Source: a virus
Lineage: Duplodnaviria; Caudoviricetes
Direction: 5' to 3' (one strand)
Virus record (IMG/VR): IMGVR_UViG_3300025033_000042
Location: 1 to 36,296 of that record
Length of the DNA: 36,296 nt
Shown piece after piece: positions 33,815 through 36,296 of the stretch (its first letter is position 1; each line of letters begins with the position of its first letter). The notes beneath the pieces are model-generated. The model did not search any database, was not told the origin of the DNA, and saw only the letters and a program-made list of their open reading frames with translations. The position numbers and the translations under genes were made by a program.

Positions 33815-34768
33815 GTGGGACACCTAACGCACGCGATTAAGACCATGCGTCTGATCGATAGCATGATAGCAGCTGATCAGGGCGCAGCGTTCCGCGGGTG
33901 GCTAGGTCGTGTGTTACCACACATCGGCGACGCATATCGCAGCGAGGAAGAAAGCTTCCGGAGCCATATGGGCGCTTCGCTCATGGGTGAGGAATGCGCT
34001 CGTCGCATCTGGTATAATTTCAGGTGGACAACAAAGCCTAAGTTCGACGGTCGTTTGTTGCGCTTGTTCAACCGGGGGCACCTCGAGGAAGGGCGTGTCA
34101 TAGCGCAACTTCTGATGATCGGTGCGCAGGTCTGGCAACAGGACGAGCACGGCAAGCAATTCCGTATCTCATGGGCTGAGGGGCACGCTGGCGGGTCAGG
34201 GGACGGGTTAGCGCTTGGCATTCCTGATATTCCGGAGCAGGTATGCTTACTTGAGTTCAAGACGCACAGCGAAAAGTATTTCATCGAAATGGCCGGGAAG
34301 CTGCCGGATTGGCGTAACTATGTCCTCGGGAAGGGTTCGTTCACCGGCAAAGGGGTGAAAGCGTGTAAGCCCGAGCACTATATTCAGATGCAACTTTACA
34401 TGCGCAAGATGGGCTATCCCGTCGCGCTATACGTCGCAGTCTGCAAAAACACTGACGACCAGTATATGGAAATTATTACGCTTAACGCCGAGCTTGCGGA
34501 TCAGTTCCTCGATCGGGGTGAGAAGCTGGTCTGGATGGACGTTCCTCCGCCAAAAATCAATCCGAGCCCAGGATTCTTCAAGTGCCGCTTCTGTGACGAC
34601 AAGCCAGTCTGCCATCTGAATGCGGCTCCCGCTGTCAACTGCCGCACCTGTCAGTTCGTCAAGCCCATTGCGGACGCTAAGTGGTTCTGCAATCGGCATA
34701 ACATGGAGCTGAGCAAAGAGAAGCAGCAAGTGGGGTGCCCGGACTGGCATAAGAACGAAGACATCTAA
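33815..34768 (+). CDS. Cas4-like PD-(D/E)XK exonuclease
   Basis: ECARRIWY, RGHLEE, GSGDG, LEFKT, QMQLYM, C-terminal CRFC..C and CRTC. Confidence 0.88.
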   Translation: MGHLTHAIKTMRLIDSMIAADQGAAFRGWLGRVLPHIGDAYRSEEESFRSHMGASLMGEECARRIWYNFRWTTKPKFDGRLLRLFNRGHLEEGRVIAQLLMIGAQVWQQDEHGKQFRISWAEGHAGGSGDGLALGIPDIPEQVCLLEFKTHSEKYFIEMAGKLPDWRNYVLGKGSFTGKGVKACKPEHYIQMQLYMRKMGYPVALYVAVCKNTDDQYMEIITLNAELADQFLDRGEKLVWMDVPPPKINPSPGFFKCRFCDDKPVCHLNAAPAVNCRTCQFVKPIADAKWFCNRHNMELSKEKQQVGCPDWHKNEDI

Positions 34769-36296
34769 TGATCTTTCAAGACCGCCCCTACCAGACCGAA
34801 GCGACCAATTCGATTTGGGATTACTTCCGCGCCGAGCAAGGCAATCCCCTTGTCGCGATGCCGACCGGCACGGGCAAGAGTGTGGTCATTGCTCGCTTCT
34901 TGCAGTCGGTATTCATCCCTTACCCGACGCAACGAATCATCCTACTTACGCACGTGAAGGAGCTTATCCAGCAGAACTACGAGAAGCTTATGATGCTTTG
35001 GCCGTTCTGCCCTGCTGGCATCTATAGTGCGGGACTAGGCGAGAAGAACGCTACTTGCCCGATCACCTTTGCCGGTATCCAGTCCGTCTGGAAAAAGTGG
35101 ATGATCTTCGGGCACATTGACCTTGTGCTTATTGACGAAGCGCACCTGCTCAGTCCGAACGACCAGACAATGTATCGCGCGTTCCTTGCGGGACTGAAGT
35201 CGGTGAACCCCTACCTGAAGGTTGTCGGCTTCACTGCTACACCCTGGCGGCTCGGGCACGGTCACCTTACAGATTCATCCGAAGACAGCAAGGGGAACAT
35301 CATCCCACCGTTGTTCACTGATGTCTGCTTTGACATTACAACGATGGATGCGTTCAATCGGCTGATTGCTGAAGGGTATCTGCTGCCCCTTGTGCCTAAG
35401 AAGACGAAGCTCGAGTTGAGCACCGACGGCTTGCATATCCGCGGCGGCGAGTTTATCGAAGGCGAGATGCAGCAGCTTTTCGATAAGGATGAGATCACCG
35501 AAGCTGCTCTGCGTGAAGCAATGCACATCGCAGCGGAGCAGAACAGAAAGCGTTGGCTCATCTTTGCATCGGGCGTGGACCATGCAGATCACATTGGTGA
35601 GATGCTTGACCAGTTCGGTGTCCCGACAGGGGTCGTTCATAGCAAGCGCGCAGGGCGGGACGAAACGATCGCTGCCTTTAAGCGCGGTGAGTTAACAGCC
35701 GTCGTGAATAATAACGTGCTGACCACAGGCTTCGACTATCCCGGCATCGACCTTATCATTGTTCTGCGTGCTACAGCGTCGTCCGTGCTATGGGTTCAGA
35801 TGCTAGGGCGTGGCACCCGTCCTGATTATGCGCCGGGGTTCGATTTGAGCCAGATTGGCGGGAGGTTGGCTGCTATCGCAGCGAGCGATAAACAGAACTG
35901 CCTTGTTCTGGACTATGCGCGCAACACGTCCCGACTCGGGCCTGTCAATGACCCTGTGGTGCCGCGTCGCAAGGGTCAGGGCGGGGGAGAAGCTCCCGTC
36001 AAGGAATGCCCGAAGTGCGAATGCTTCGTTCATGCAAGCTTGCGCTTCTGCAATGGTATCCTTCCAAACGGTGCGCCATGCGATAACGAATTCACATTTG
36101 AAGTTAAGTTCAAAGCTGATGCTGCGAGCGACGATCTTATCAAAGGAGAGATGCCCGAGACGGCGGTATTCGCGGTCGATCATATTTCCATTGATGAGCA
36201 CAGGAAGCTTGGCAAGCCGCCAAGTATGAAGGTGAGTTATTATTATGGATACAAATCGATCGCAGAATACGTGTGCCCCGAACACGCAGATTGGGC
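34768..36296 (+). CDS. SF2 DEAH helicase (RadD/YejH-like), truncated by window end
   Basis: Hand-translated MIFQDRPYQ..MPTGTGKS..IDEAH..GFTATP..LTTGFD..QMLGRG..KECPKC; absent from track because it has no stop. Confidence 0.92.
   Translation, partial: MIFQDRPYQTEATNSIWDYFRAEQGNPLVAMPTGTGKSVVIARFLQSVFIPYPTQRIILLTHVKELIQQNYEKLMMLWPFCPAGIYSAGLGEKNATCPITFAGIQSVWKKWMIFGHIDLVLIDEAHLLSPNDQTMYRAFLAGLKSVNPYLKVVGFTATPWRLGHGHLTDSSEDSKGNIIPPLFTDVCFDITTMDAFNRLIAEGYLLPLVPKKTKLELSTDGLHIRGGEFIEGEMQQLFDKDEITEAALREAMHIAAEQNRKRWLIFASGVDHADHIGEMLDQFGVPTGVVHSKRAGRDETIAAFKRGELTAVVNNNVLTTGFDYPGIDLIIVLRATASSVLWVQMLGRGTRPDYAPGFDLSQIGGRLAAIAASDKQNCLVLDYARNTSRLGPVNDPVVPRRKGQGGGEAPVKECPKCECFVHASLRFCNGILPNGAPCDNEFTFEVKFKADAASDDLIKGEMPETAVFAVDHISIDEHRKLGKPPSMKVSYYYGYKSIAEYVCPEHADW

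Overview
Fragment of a GC-rich tailed dsDNA phage genome, probably infecting an alphaproteobacterium. Two divergent arms flank a ~1.7-kb gene-poor control region (~20990-22690). The left arm (minus strand) carries many small early/accessory genes (DUF2786-, WYL-, MazG-, DUF3310-like, resolvase-like), a UvrD-type helicase, a lysis cassette, terminase, portal, scaffold, major capsid and a head-completion gene. The right arm (plus strand) carries an HTH gene, primase-helicase, MazG-like protein, RNase H, ThyX, ATP-dependent ligase, AAA ATPase, SSB-like protein, Cas4-like exonuclease and a truncated SF2 helicase. The control region holds the main discovery: a ~380-nt minus-strand RNA with its own promoter and terminator that folds by hand into a nested structure with two complementary loops. 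Its 3' segment is antisense to a leader motif shared by the ribosome-binding sites of several phage genes. Three CtrA-type boxes and an origin-like inverted-repeat region lie next to it. Protein calls come from motif recognition by eye; no searches or folding programs were run.
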